Shown here piece by piece: positions 36,746 through 47,374 of a DNA stretch of 48,704 bases. Location of the stretch: the NCBI RefSeq assembly GCF_001194135.2, contig NC_068987.1:88488776-88537479 (forward strand). Direction: 5' to 3'. The DNA comes from Octopus bimaculoides (taxonomy: Eukaryota). Position numbers and translations under genes: made by a program. Each line of letters starts with the position of its first letter. Position 1 is the stretch's first letter. The notes beneath the pieces were generated by a model. The model was given only the letters and a program-made list of their open reading frames with translations. It searched no databases and had not been told where the DNA came from.

Positions 36746-37191
36746 TAAATAAAAAAGAAGAAAAAAGAAAAGAGAAGACAAAGCCGCTAGTCGCAGTTTT
36801 GCTGTGTTTAATGAGAGCCGGCCTGGACAAAATAACACCCCCAACAAAAGACATATTGATTGGTTGTGCTGTCCGGTATATGAATTGAAATCGAAGCCTG
36901 CTGTGATGGCTACAACAGTAAGAGCAAAAGTGATTCGAAAGGTATGGATTTTATACGATTCACTGAGTTCCGACACAGCTGTTATGAAGTAAAAATCTCA
37001 CTACAATCGATTTTCTTTTTATGTTCAGATTGTCGATAAAGAAAAATAAAACAGCTACAATATTGTGGAGTCTATCGTAAGCAGACATTTTGTTTTCTAT
37101 AATACTGCTTATGCGTTTAGAGTTCTGGCTAAGCTGTGGTTTCACTCAATACTTCTTACAACGCTTTACACGTAATAGACATATGAGTATA

Positions 37192-37412
37192 AGGCAGCGA
37201 GCTGGCAGAAGCATTAGGACGCCGGGCAAAATGCTTCGCGGCATTTCATCTGTCTTCACGTTACGAGTTCAAATTCCGTTGAAATCAACTTTGACTTTCA
37301 TCTTTTCGGCGTCGATAAAATAAAATATCAGTCAAGTACTGGGATCAATGTAAGCAATTTATCCCACCCATAAAATTGCTGGCCTTGTGCCAAAATTTGA
37401 AGCCAAGGTGTG
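37192..37412 (+). mobile_element. SINE family B monomer
   Basis: AAGGCAGCGAGCTGGCAGAA..GAGTTCAAATTCC..TTTCATCTTTTCGGCGTCGATAA..GGCCTTGTGCC. Confidence 0.88.
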
Positions 37413-37429
37413 TGTGTGTATTTCCTTTA

Positions 37430-37650
37430 ATACTTTACCATTTACTTATTCCAGTCATTGAACTGCGACCATGCTGGGGCATCGCTTGGGAGGGCTTAGT
37501 CAAACAAATTTATCGTAGTATTTCGTTCTTTTATATCTTGGTACTTGTTCTGTCGGGTTTTATAAGCGAACCGCTAAGTTACGGGGACGTAAACAAACCA
37601 ATATCGGTTATCAAACGGTGATGGGATGTGACAAACACAGACGCACATAT
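37430..37650 (-). mobile_element. SINE family A tail (D)
   Basis: CAGTCATTGAACTGCGACCATGCTGGGGC..GAACCGCTAAGTTACGGGGACGTAAAC..GACAAACACAG. Confidence 0.85.
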
Positions 37651-37659
37651 ACATACACA

Positions 37660-38030
37660 TTCTTTTATTCTTTTACTTGTTTCAGTCATTTGACAGCGAC
37701 CATGCTGTAGCACCGCCTTTTAGTCGAAGAAATCGACCCCAGGGCTTCTTCTCTGTGAACCTGGTACTTATTCTATCTGTCTCTTTTGCCAAACCCGAAG
37801 ATGGGGATGTAAACACACCAACATCGGTTATCAAGTGAAGGACGGGGGACAAACATAGACACAAACACACACACACACACATTTAAAACGAGCTTCTTTC
37901 AGTTTCCGTCTACCAAATCCACTCACAAGGCTTTGGTCGGCCCGAAGCTAGAGTAGAAGACACTTGCTTAAGGTGCTACGCAGTGGGACTGAACCCGGAA
38001 CCATGTGGTTGGGAAGTACGCAGCTTCAAG
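37660..38030 (-). mobile_element. Near-full SINE family A (head, (GT)n, tail D)
   Basis: Contiguous head 37890-38030, (AC)n 37860-37881 and tail 37660-37860. Confidence 0.9.
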
Positions 38031-38039
38031 TACGCCTTG

Positions 38040-38430
38040 GAAATAGAAGCTTCATCAAATTTTAATATTGTCATTGATGCTGATAAAGGATAATCTAGGG
38101 AAGATGCGGATTGTTGCAATGCACCCACATGCAATGACACAGCCGTACTCCTTCACAGTGAGCAGCACACTCGTAGAGACATTGTCATCCGGCGACGTGA
38201 CACTAGCCTCCAACGAATTAGTGAAACGCACTGATACTATGACACGCTTCAACATAAACTCACTATGCTTGAAAGATAGCGTATTTTCCAAAAGGTTTCC
38301 AAGGAGATTCCTACAAGAAATTCAGACAGGTGTTGATGGGTATCCGCCATACAGACGGAGAAAATCAGAAGACGGCAGTTTCACAACAACAATCGGACAG
38401 CATGAGGTTGATGATGGGGTTCATAGGGTT
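38040..38430 (+). mobile_element. Helitron Rep fragments joined by an internal deletion
   Basis: NFNIVIDADK..CNAPTCNDTAVLLHSEQHTRRDIVIRRRDTSLQRISETH*YYDTLQ, then SKRFPRRFLQEIQTGVDGYPPYRRRKSEDG..EVDD. Confidence 0.88.
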
Positions 38431-39037
38431 GTAATTCATTTCCAATTTATCTATTTCCTTATAATCAACAAAAGATCTAAGACTACCAGACTGTCTGTAT
38501 TCAGAATAAAGAGCGAAGTGAGTTGACAGTTCATAACTGGCTGCTGGTCATAAGTTTCATACTGTCACAAGTACCCCTCAACCCACAAAAAAAGAAACAA
38601 AACTTTAGGAAGAGTCAATTAGATGTTAGTAAATATCTATAAAAGAGGTAGGGTAGAAGTGACATTAATTCATGACGTTGTTACCAGTTAAAGGAGCATA
38701 CACTGTGAAAATTATGATGCTACCTTGAGATCTAGGACTCAGTGGGACCCCCTATGACCCCCCCCCCAACTGTGTTCCATGCCTCTCTAAGCATTGTAGG
38801 TTGTTCTTCTCTTAGCTATTCTTGCTACAATAGTGACAACATGAAATTTTCTAATCCTCTTGCTCTGTTAAAATATTTAAGAAAAATTATATTACTATAT
38901 CTTGTCTGCTGAAAATCCATATTTCTTGCAGCTGAAGATAGCGCTGTATTTAAATTGATGTAATGATTACATTGTTCAATTAAATGGAGCCACTTGAAAC
39001 GGTCGTACTGCAATACTACTCGACATCCTGTTACGCC

Positions 39038-39155
39038 ATTATTTACATTTGACGGATATTTGTCCTCTTCTTGTTTGTTGTTATCACAACGTTTCGGCTG
39101 ATATACCCTCCAAACTTCATCAGGGTTCTCATTCCTAAGGTATTTTTCGATGTTG

Positions 39156-39215
<60 letters not shown>

Positions 39216-39283
39216 TCACTGCCTGGAATCAAACTTGGAATCTAGGGGTTAGCAGCCAGCGCTCTTAACCACTACGTCATATG

Positions 39284-39285
<2 letters not shown>
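39038..39285 (-). mobile_element. Candidate SINE family F: tRNA-like head, (AAT)n, hammerhead-bearing PLE-type tail
   Basis: Head GGCATATGACGTAGTGGTTAAGAGCGCTGGCTGCTAACCCC..AGTTTGATTCC (A and B boxes) at 39285-39211. Tail contains CTGATGA-AGTTTG..CAGCC-GAAACGTT at 39123-39088. Confidence 0.65.
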
Positions 39286-39369
<84 letters not shown>

Positions 39370-39370
39370 T
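39286..39370. repeat. (AAT)n microsatellite abutting a gap
   Basis: Direct read. Confidence 0.97.
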
Positions 39371-40069
39371 CGNNNNNNNNNNNNNNNNNNNNNNNNNNNN
39401 NNNNNNNNNNNNNNNNNNNNNNNNNNNNNNNNNNNNNNNNNNNNNNNNNNNNNNNNNNNNNNNNNNNNNNNNNNNNNNNNNNNNNNNNNNNNNNNNNNNN
39501 NNNNNNNNNNNNNNNNNNNNNNNNNNNNNNNNNNNNNNNNNNNNNNNNNNNNNNNNNNNNNNNNNNNNNTATATATATATGCAGACATACGTACATACAT
39601 ACATCCATGCATATGTATGTATGTCGAAGATTTATAATAATTAAAAAATAGAAGAGACATACTAATAGGTTTATGTGCTTGTCTCTGTGTAAAGCCATGT
39701 AAAAATATCCCAGACAGAATTCATGTAATTTTACCGAACATAGATAGGGTTTCAAAAAAGTGTCTGCGGAATCTATTCGATTGAGAGACGTTCATAAAAA
39801 TGATCCACCGAATCTATTACATATAATGGTTGACCTTTCGCAAAAAAAAAGTCGTCTTTTGAGAAATCATCTCGGTAATTTTTCGATATATTTCCTGAAA
39901 TATTCCTTGAAAAAATTCATCATGGGGAAATAATTCAGTTTAAAAGTACTTAGCAAATTAACTCGTTCTTTCAAGAATGACATTTAGAAATCCTAATCAG
40001 CTATTTTTTATGCCATAGGTAAAGTGATATAATATAATATGGCATAATATAATATGATGTAGTATCCAA

Positions 40070-40225
40070 GAGCGGTGGAGAGCAAGCGGTGTCGGTAGAA
40101 TGCTGGATGAAATACTTTGAAGTTTTCGGTTCCGTCTGTTTTATCATTCTAACTCGAAATCGCGCCGGGCCCGATTTTGCTTTTCATCGTTCTCTGGGTT
40201 GATGAGATAAACGCGCAGTCAAGTA
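40070..40225 (+). mobile_element. Old, diverged SINE family B
   Basis: GCGGTG..GTAGAATGCTGGATGAAAT..GATTTTGCTTTTCATCG..GGGTTGATGAGATAA. Confidence 0.55.
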
Positions 40226-40441
40226 GGTTTTCGAGTTATCTAATTGCGTCTTTCAACGAAATATGGTTTCTTCGACAAATCTTAGAAAGTTATGATTAGG
40301 ATTGTATACAAAATCTGAGCAAAATAAGGTTGTTGTTATTGTTGGTGGTGGTGGTGCTGTTGCTGCTAGAAAAATTAAATATTGATTTATTTAACCGCAC
40401 TATTTCCACAAAAAAATGTATCTTGTGTCAATGTTAAAAAA

Positions 40442-40473
<32 letters not shown>

Positions 40474-40489
40474 ATTATTATTATTACTA

Positions 40490-40680
40490 AGTCGGCGAGC
40501 TGGCAGAATCGTTAAGCACACTGGACGAAATGCTTAGTGGCATTTCGTCGGTTGTTACGTTCTAAGTTCAAATTCCACCTTTGCCTTTCATCCTTTCGGA
40601 GTCGATAAAATTAGTACCAGTTACGCACTGGGGTCGATGTAATCGACTTAATCCCTTCCCACAAATTTGAGGCCTCGTGC
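40490..40680 (+). mobile_element. SINE family B monomer after (CAT)n(TAT)n
   Basis: CGGCGAGCTGGCAGAATCGTT..TTTCATCCTTTCGGAGTCGATAA..CTGGGGTCGATGTAATCGAC. Confidence 0.9.
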
Positions 40681-40719
40681 TTCCAGTTATTTTTATTCTT
40701 CTTCTTATTGTTGTTGTTG

Positions 40720-41414
40720 TTATGTGAAGACTCACAACTTATTTTGCTGGTTTTGATGGAAAGTATCACCTGTCTACAGACAGCAGACTAAGATGACACG
40801 TGTTTACCATTCATGCATCAAGAACACTGCAAAGAACTCTTGCAATTCCAAGCAATGCTGATTTTTGTAGGTGTTCTACCTTCACACTTGCACCGATCTT
40901 TTTCAGCCATGCTGGTAGCTGAGTGCTGATACTTCCAAGTTAGCCAATTACTATTGGTATCACGTCTGCTCTCTTCATTAACAACAACCTTCGTATTTCT
41001 CACTTCAAATCGTCATAGTTGTTTATTTTTTCTTCTTCTTTCACATTGATCCTGTTGTCACCGGGGCATGCTATGTCGATTATCGTACATGTTCTTTCTT
41101 TTTTATTCACCACAACAATGTCTGGTTTCCGATATCTGGTCGGGCGATCGCACTGAATCATTGCATCCCACAGGATTTTGCAATTCTCACTTTCAGTTAC
41201 TCTTTCTGGAGTGTGCTCATATCACCTCTTTGTTCTTTGTAGGACGTGATTTCCACAGAGTTCCCAATGGATCATTCTTGCCACATTGTCATGGCGTCTT
41301 TTGTATTCGCGTCGTGCTAATTTCGGACATTCGCTAACGATGTGCCATACCGTTTCACTCCTCTCACCACACATTCTGCGTTTGTCGCTCTCCGTAGTGT
41401 TGCCTATTCTGCAC

Positions 41415-41418
<4 letters not shown>
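40720..41418 (-). mobile_element. R4/Dong-like RLE retrotransposon 3' fragment (CCHC knuckle plus PD-D/ExK nuclease)
   Basis: RMCGERSETVWHIVSECPKLARREYKRRHDNVARMIHWELC..KILWDAMIQCD..KPDIVVVNK/.CTIIDIACPGDNRI..EKINNYDDLK..VIPIVIG*LG..LQKSALLG; 3' end in (AAC)n/A-rich sequence. Confidence 0.92.

Positions 41419-41481
<63 letters not shown>
41419..41481. repeat. (TA)n microsatellite
   Basis: Direct read. Confidence 0.97.
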
Positions 41482-41483
<2 letters not shown>

Positions 41484-41843
41484 CAGAGACATGCCGCCTA
41501 TTTTCTTCTCATGGCAAAATATGCACCCAATTCAATAAAATTATGAAGGTTACTCTGATTACTATGCATAAAATGCATAATGTTTTATTTTCTTTGCAGA
41601 TTAAGTAGACATAATTCGCCCCTGCTTTTCAATCTCAGTATTTAATCAATGCATAATACTGCTATAGTACACGTGCTGTATACACTCATACAATACCATT
41701 TTCTTTACGTGCTATAAAAGGCAGAAATAAATCTGCCTTCAACTCAGTCATGCGGCTGTTTTTCGCTTATTTTTTGTGTACTTTACTATATAAATGCTGC
41801 CTACTGTCTAACCTGAGTAACTACTGAAGGCACATGCCTGCTA

Positions 41844-41908
<65 letters not shown>

Positions 41909-41977
41909 NNNNNNNNNNNNNNNNNNNNNNNNNNNNNNNNNNNNNNNNNNNNNNNNNNNNNNNNNNNNNNNNNNNNN

Positions 41978-42061
<84 letters not shown>

Positions 42062-42079
42062 GTATATATTTCTGTGTCT

Positions 42080-42305
42080 GTGTTTGTGTGTATTTGTGTT
42101 TGTTCCCACTATCTCTTGACATTGATTGGTTTCTTTACGTTCGCTTAACGTAGCGGTTCGGCATAAGAGAAACCGATAGACTAAGTAGCAGATCTAACAG
42201 AAAAATAATTACTAGGGTTGATTTGTTGGTTTAAAACATTCAATGCGGTGTCGCAGTAGCATGGCTGCTGTCCAATGCCTCAAGCAAAATAAAGGTAAAA
42301 AATAA
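42080..42305 (+). mobile_element. SINE family A tail (D), diverged
   Basis: GTGTTTGTTCCC..AGCGGTTCGGCA..ACCGATAGA.TAAGTA..GGGTTGATTTGTT..AGCATGGCTGC. Confidence 0.75.
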
Positions 42306-42759
42306 AATATATATTTCCAGATTAATGTACCATGAAATTGAGTAGGAATCGATACATATCAATTAGTTTCAGGATTTTGTTAATTATTATTTGGTTATGT
42401 GAGACAAGAAAATAGTTTTCAGTATTTCAATACATAAACGCACACATATTTATGAAAGAATATCTGAAAGACTATAAAATTTAGAGTGAGAAGAATTCTT
42501 GATTTCAAAGATAATAGCATAAAATGTATTCTTCGTAATGTTGTTAGTAATGGAGCTGATAAATCTTTGTGGAAGAAATAACGGTGTGAAAACCATTGCC
42601 TAGAGGTAGATTTTGAAGATTTGAATTAATTAACCTCATAATAGTTTTGCGGTCAGAGAAAATTGCATATGAAGCGAAATTATTTAAGAATTTAATATTC
42701 AAATCATTTCAGCTGTAATAAGCTCCAGTTCCACTTCATCATAGGGAGTGAATGTGGGG

Positions 42760-43015
42760 AGAAAGGGGAGAGAGAGAAAGGGAGATAGGGAGAGAGAGAA
42801 GTGAGGGAGGGATAGAAAGAGTGCGAAAGAGAGAGAGGACGGACAGGCGGAGTGAGGGACAGAGAGAGGGCGTACTAAGGGAAAAAGAGGGTGAACAGAA
42901 GGAGAAGGAGGCCGAAGTGGTCAGAGATAGAGGTGGAAACAGAGAGAAAAGAAAGAGGGATAGTAAGAGAGAGAGAGTGAGAGGGGAATTCGAAGTGGGT
43001 AGGGAGAGAGAGAGG
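42760..43015. repeat. Purine-rich degenerate (AG)n tract
   Basis: Direct read; explains the E/R-rich ORF 42752..43051. Confidence 0.85.
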
Positions 43016-43171
43016 CGGGGAGATATTTTCGCGTGCTTAGACTGGATTTGATCACGTGATAGGCCGATGCAACATGATGCTTTTCAAAATGGTGTCAGTC
43101 ACCTGTGAAAGCGCGCGCGCATATGCGTGTTTAACTAAATCTATGTATGTGTTATCTCGTATAAGTAATTA

Positions 43172-43559
43172 GGATCTATTTTAAAACGGGGGCCACCTTT
43201 TTCATTAATGTTTTACGTAGTGTTTTTGGTACGGAAAGACTTTCAAACTTCGTATACTTATCTATTTTGTGTTATAGAACAGAAAAATATTTTTGTATTC
43301 GAATTTATTTCATGTAAAAAATTGTCTTATTTCGATAATTTCAACCAATCACTGACAAGTATTCAGCTGTTTATATTTACTCCTTTGGTTGATTAAGCGA
43401 TGTAAAGCGTATTTAATCTCCATACCTTCGTTTTATTTGCTTTTTTCATTTTAAATTTGCTTTAACCCTAACCCTAACCCTAACCCTAGAGTTAGGGTTA
43501 GGGTTAGGGTTAGGGTTAGGGTTAATTGTTTCAGAATCGTTTGTTTATGTAGTCGGCAC
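43172..43559 (-). mobile_element. Telomere-core TIR element, copy 1 (runs into gap)
   Basis: Starts GGATCTATTTTAAAACGGGGGCCAC; core is (TAACCC)4-TAGAG-(TTAGGG)5 at 43463-43521. It is the reverse complement of copy 2. Confidence 0.85.
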
Positions 43560-45173
43560 NNNNNNNNNNNNNNNNNNNNNNNNNNNNNNNNNNNNNNNNN
43601 NNNNNNNNNNNNNNNNNNNNNNNNNNNNNNNNNNNNNNNNNNNNNNNNNNNNNNNNNNNNNNNNNNNNNNNNNNNNNNNNNNNNNNNNNNNNNNNNNNNN
43701 NNNNNNNNNNNNNNNNNNNNNNNNNNNNNNNNNNNNNNNNNNNNNNNNNNNNNNNNNNNNNNNNNNNNNNNNNNNNNNNNNNNNNNNNNNNNNNNNNNNN
43801 NNNNNNNNNNNNNNNNNNNNNNNNNNNNNNNNNNNNNNNNNNNNNNNNNNNNNNNNNNNNNNNNNNNNNNNNNNNNNNNNNNNNNNNNNNNNNNNNNNNN
43901 NNNNNNNNNNNNNNNNNNNNNNNNNNNNNNNNNNNNNNNNNNNNNNNNNNNNNNNNNNNNNNNNNNNNNNNNNNNNNNNNNNNNNNNNNNNNNNNNNNNN
44001 NNNNNNNNNNNNNNNNNNNNNNNNNNNNNNNNNNNNNNNNNNNNNNNNNNNNNNNNNNNNNNNNNNNNNNNNNNNNNNNNNNNNNNNNNNNNNNNNNNNN
44101 NNNNNNNNNNNNNNNNNNNNNNNNNNNNNNNNNNNTGGTGAAAGAAGAATGAAAGAGAATTAGTCAACTGTTGTCTGCGACTGAACTACTCACAACACCG
44201 AGGTACGTCGGGTCTGAAGTGTCTTCACAATCGAAGAGAGTTACAATGCAGACAGTAGCACAGAATGGGGTTTCCATGAGTCATCCCCCTAGATATGGCC
44301 CGGTTCCCTAAGAGTATAAAGAGTTAAAGGGCCGAAACACTTGCATGATGGGGGGGGGGTTCTTCTCGAAAGGCCCCTTGTTGCTCAGTACCTTCCGTCG
44401 AATGTCTTGTTATATACATATATATTCCCCATTGAGATGTATATATATTCGTTTACTCCAAAATCTCGCACGATCTCACAAAGCTGGAGACGACCACCAA
44501 TGTCCCATGTAAGAGACTTCAACAATTGCTGAGAGATATCAACTCTTCAAGTCCAGTCACTGAAACAAGTGAAAGACAAAGAAATACTTTCCTTGTTACC
44601 CTCTTTCTTCTTTATCTGCCCCTCCTTCTTCATCCCTGTTTCTTCGTTTCCTCCATCTGTGTGCACATTTCCAGGGACACACAAAATTAGACACGCTCAA
44701 TAAAAAAAAAGGTTTGCTTATTACTGGAGAGAATCGTTATTTTTTACAAATATTTCAGTTTTAATTTAGAGCAGAAGATGGATAATGTTAATTGCTGACT
44801 CTACCGTCTCAAGTTGGAAGAAGCTAAATCTATTCAATGATTTGTCTCGTTGACGAGAACTACCTTAGCCTGGTTAAGAAAACAGACATGAGATTCTTTC
44901 TTTATTACAGGCACAAGGACTAATTACAAAGGGAACATACAAAGACATGCGGGAACATAAAACATATGAAGGATGAATGCGAAATGAATAATTTACAATG
45001 CAAATGAGACAACCATCTCACTCCCGCTGTGAGATGAAACCGTCGATTCCTTTTCCTTAATTTTTTACACAACCTCTAGCCTCCACCGAGGCGAAACCGC
45101 GACTTCCCTTTTCGCTTTTGCCTTGCAATTATACACCTTTTAAACAATTGTTCATATAGTATTTACGTCTTAT

Positions 45174-45838
45174 GGATCTTTTTTAAAACGGGGGCCACAT
45201 TTTTCATTAACGAAACACTTTGAAACTTGGAACACTGGTAGAATGTGTCATATAAAGCATCTTTTTCTCTTAGTCTTCTTAAAAAAAAAAAGAAATCCAT
45301 AAGTTATTCCATGTTAAAGTTGTCGTATTTCTGTAATTTCAACCAATCACTGACGTCCATTCAGCCGATATACATTAAGTGCCGACTACATAAACAAACG
45401 ATTCTGAAACAATTAACCCTAACCCTAACCCTAACCCTAACCCTNNNNNNNNNNNNNNNNNNNNNNNNNNNNNNNNNNNNNNNNNNNNNNNNNNNNNNNN
45501 NNNNNNNNNNNNNNNNNNNNNNNNNNNNNNNGTTAGGGTTAGGGTTAAAGCAAATTTAAAATGAAAAAAGCAAATAAAACGAAGGTATAGAGATTAAATA
45601 CGCTTTACATCGCTTAATCAGTCAAAGGAGTAAATGTAAACAACTGAATACTTGTCAGTGATTGGTTGAAATTATCGAAATAAGACAATTTTTTACATGA
45701 AATAAATTCGAATACAAAAATATTTTTCTGTTCTATAACACAAAATAGATAAGTATACGAAGTTTGAAAGTCTTTCCGTACCAAAAACACTACGTAAAAC
45801 ATTAATGAAAAATGTGGCCCCCGTTTTAAAATAGATCC
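45174..45838 (+). mobile_element. Telomere-core TIR element, copy 2 (both ends visible)
   Basis: About 37-bp TIR GGATCT(T/A)TTTTAAAACGGGGGCCACATTTTTCATTAA; inverted AATTTCAACCAATCACTGAC on both arms; (TAACCC)n-gap-(TTAGGG)n centre. Confidence 0.9.
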
Positions 45839-46019
45839 GAAAGTATTCCTTTATATGTTTAAGATTAAATGAAATTTCAAATGTTGCCCCCGTCCATCGC
45901 ATCTTATACGTAGCAAGAGAATCGAACTCTCGATCCATCTTATTGGTGATCGTGATATTACTATTTGTATTATATTCATATAACTATTTATTTTTTTCGG
46001 TATATTTATCCTCTTTATC

Positions 46020-46390
46020 TCATATCTTTTACTGGCTTCAAGCATTGGACTGCGTCCATGCTGAAGCACCCCTCGAAGTGTTTAGTCGAGCAAACCGACG
46101 TCAGTATTAACATTTTTAAAAGTCTGGGTACTTATTGATACTTATTCTATCGGTCTCTTTTGCTCAGCTGCTAATATTACAGGACGTAAACAAACCGACA
46201 CCAGTTGTCAAATGATGGGTGAGAACAAACACGGACAGAAAGACACACCAGATCCACTCATACGGCATTTGTCGACGTGGGTCTACAAATGTAGAAACAT
46301 TTGCTTCAGGTATTGTTCAGTGGGACTGAACCCGAGACCACATGACTGTTTGAAAAAGCGAGTTTCTTAACCGCACAACCATTCCTGCTT
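46020..46390 (-). mobile_element. SINE family A (head plus tail, spacer collapsed), diverged
   Basis: Tail 46020-46245 directly joined to head 46250-46390. Confidence 0.8.
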
Positions 46391-46802
46391 TCACCCGTAA
46401 TTCACAGGTAGAACAAATTGTTAAAATTAACGACAAATCACCACTTTACATAAAATTCAAGGGTGAAAAGACATAATTTCATGTTAGCGATTTTACACAA
46501 TTTCCATAATTTAATTAGTAGATAAAACTAATTTCTGTTTATATTTTATTCGAAAGAAATGATAAATGATCAAAAGGAAATATTTGTAATGTTCAGCTCT
46601 ACAGTTGAAGTACTTAATAACTGTAGGACATTCTTTCAGTGATTCATTTTAATGTTAAATTACGTTTTTTTTTCATAACAAACTTTATAAATCACTTTAT
46701 ATACAATTTTTGTAATAGATCATCTTAACTTATCAATAATTTCATTTCTCCTTTGAGAACGAAATTCAAATGAACTATAAAAGTGAAATCATATACACAC
46801 AT

Positions 46803-47182
46803 GTTGCTGGCACTCCATCGCTTACGACGTCGAAGGTTCCAGTTGATCCGATCAACGGAACAGCCTGCTCGTGAAATTAACGTGCAAGTGGCTGAGCACT
46901 CCACAGACACGTGCACCCTTAGCGTAGTTCTTGGGGATATTCAGCGTGACACAGTGTGACAAGGCTGACCCTTTGAATTACGGGCACAAGAGAAACAGGA
47001 AGTAAGAGTAAGTTGTGGTGAAAAAGTACAGCAGGGTTCGCCGCCATCCCCTGCCGGAGACTCGTGGAGCTTTTAGGTGTTTTTTGCTCAATAAACATTC
47101 ACAATGCCCGGTCTGGGAATCGAAACCGCGATCCTATGACCGCTAGTCCACTGCCCTAACCACTGGGCCATTGCGCCTCCAC
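46803..47182 (-). mobile_element. Full-length SINE family C
   Basis: Best-preserved copy; A and B boxes in the head; tail GTCGTAAGCGATGGAGTGCCAGCAAC. Confidence 0.95.
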
Positions 47183-47374
47183 ATATACACGTATACACAT
47201 ATAGACACATTTAAAAATACACACATAACTGCTTCTTTGAATTTAAGAAAAATTATTCTTGAGTCCCAGGATTCATAAGATCAGTTACTCGGTCGCTGTG
47301 GTATATAATTGACCTACAACACAACATTCACCTGAAGAGAACGCCAGTCCGTTGCTGGGTTCAATGCCAGCAAT

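Noticed and set aside
36795-36940. Open frame with good donor (AAG|GTATGG), FAVFNESRPGQNN...KVIRK
   Set aside because: No convincing acceptor or homology.
39211-39285. tRNA-Ser-like gene
   Set aside because: Acceptor and anticodon stems do not pair and there is no long variable arm. It is better explained as a SINE head; the same applies to the heads of families A, B, C and E.
43040-43135. Promoter-like cluster (ATCACGTGAT E-box, AAAATGGTG, GCGCGCGCGCATATGCG)
   Set aside because: Short motifs only; GATCACGTGAT also occurs at about 24108 next to a SINE, and there is no downstream gene evidence.
43463-43521. Ancestral telomere fusion or true chromosome end
   Set aside because: The polarity is (CCCTAA)n then (TTAGGG)n, the opposite of an end-to-end fusion. 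The array is short and embedded in a repeated TIR element.
44890-44965. Strong-looking acceptor TTCTTTCTTTATTACAG|GCACAAGG
   Set aside because: The sequence matches a degenerate antisense family B SINE tail, and the frame hits a stop after about 21 codons.
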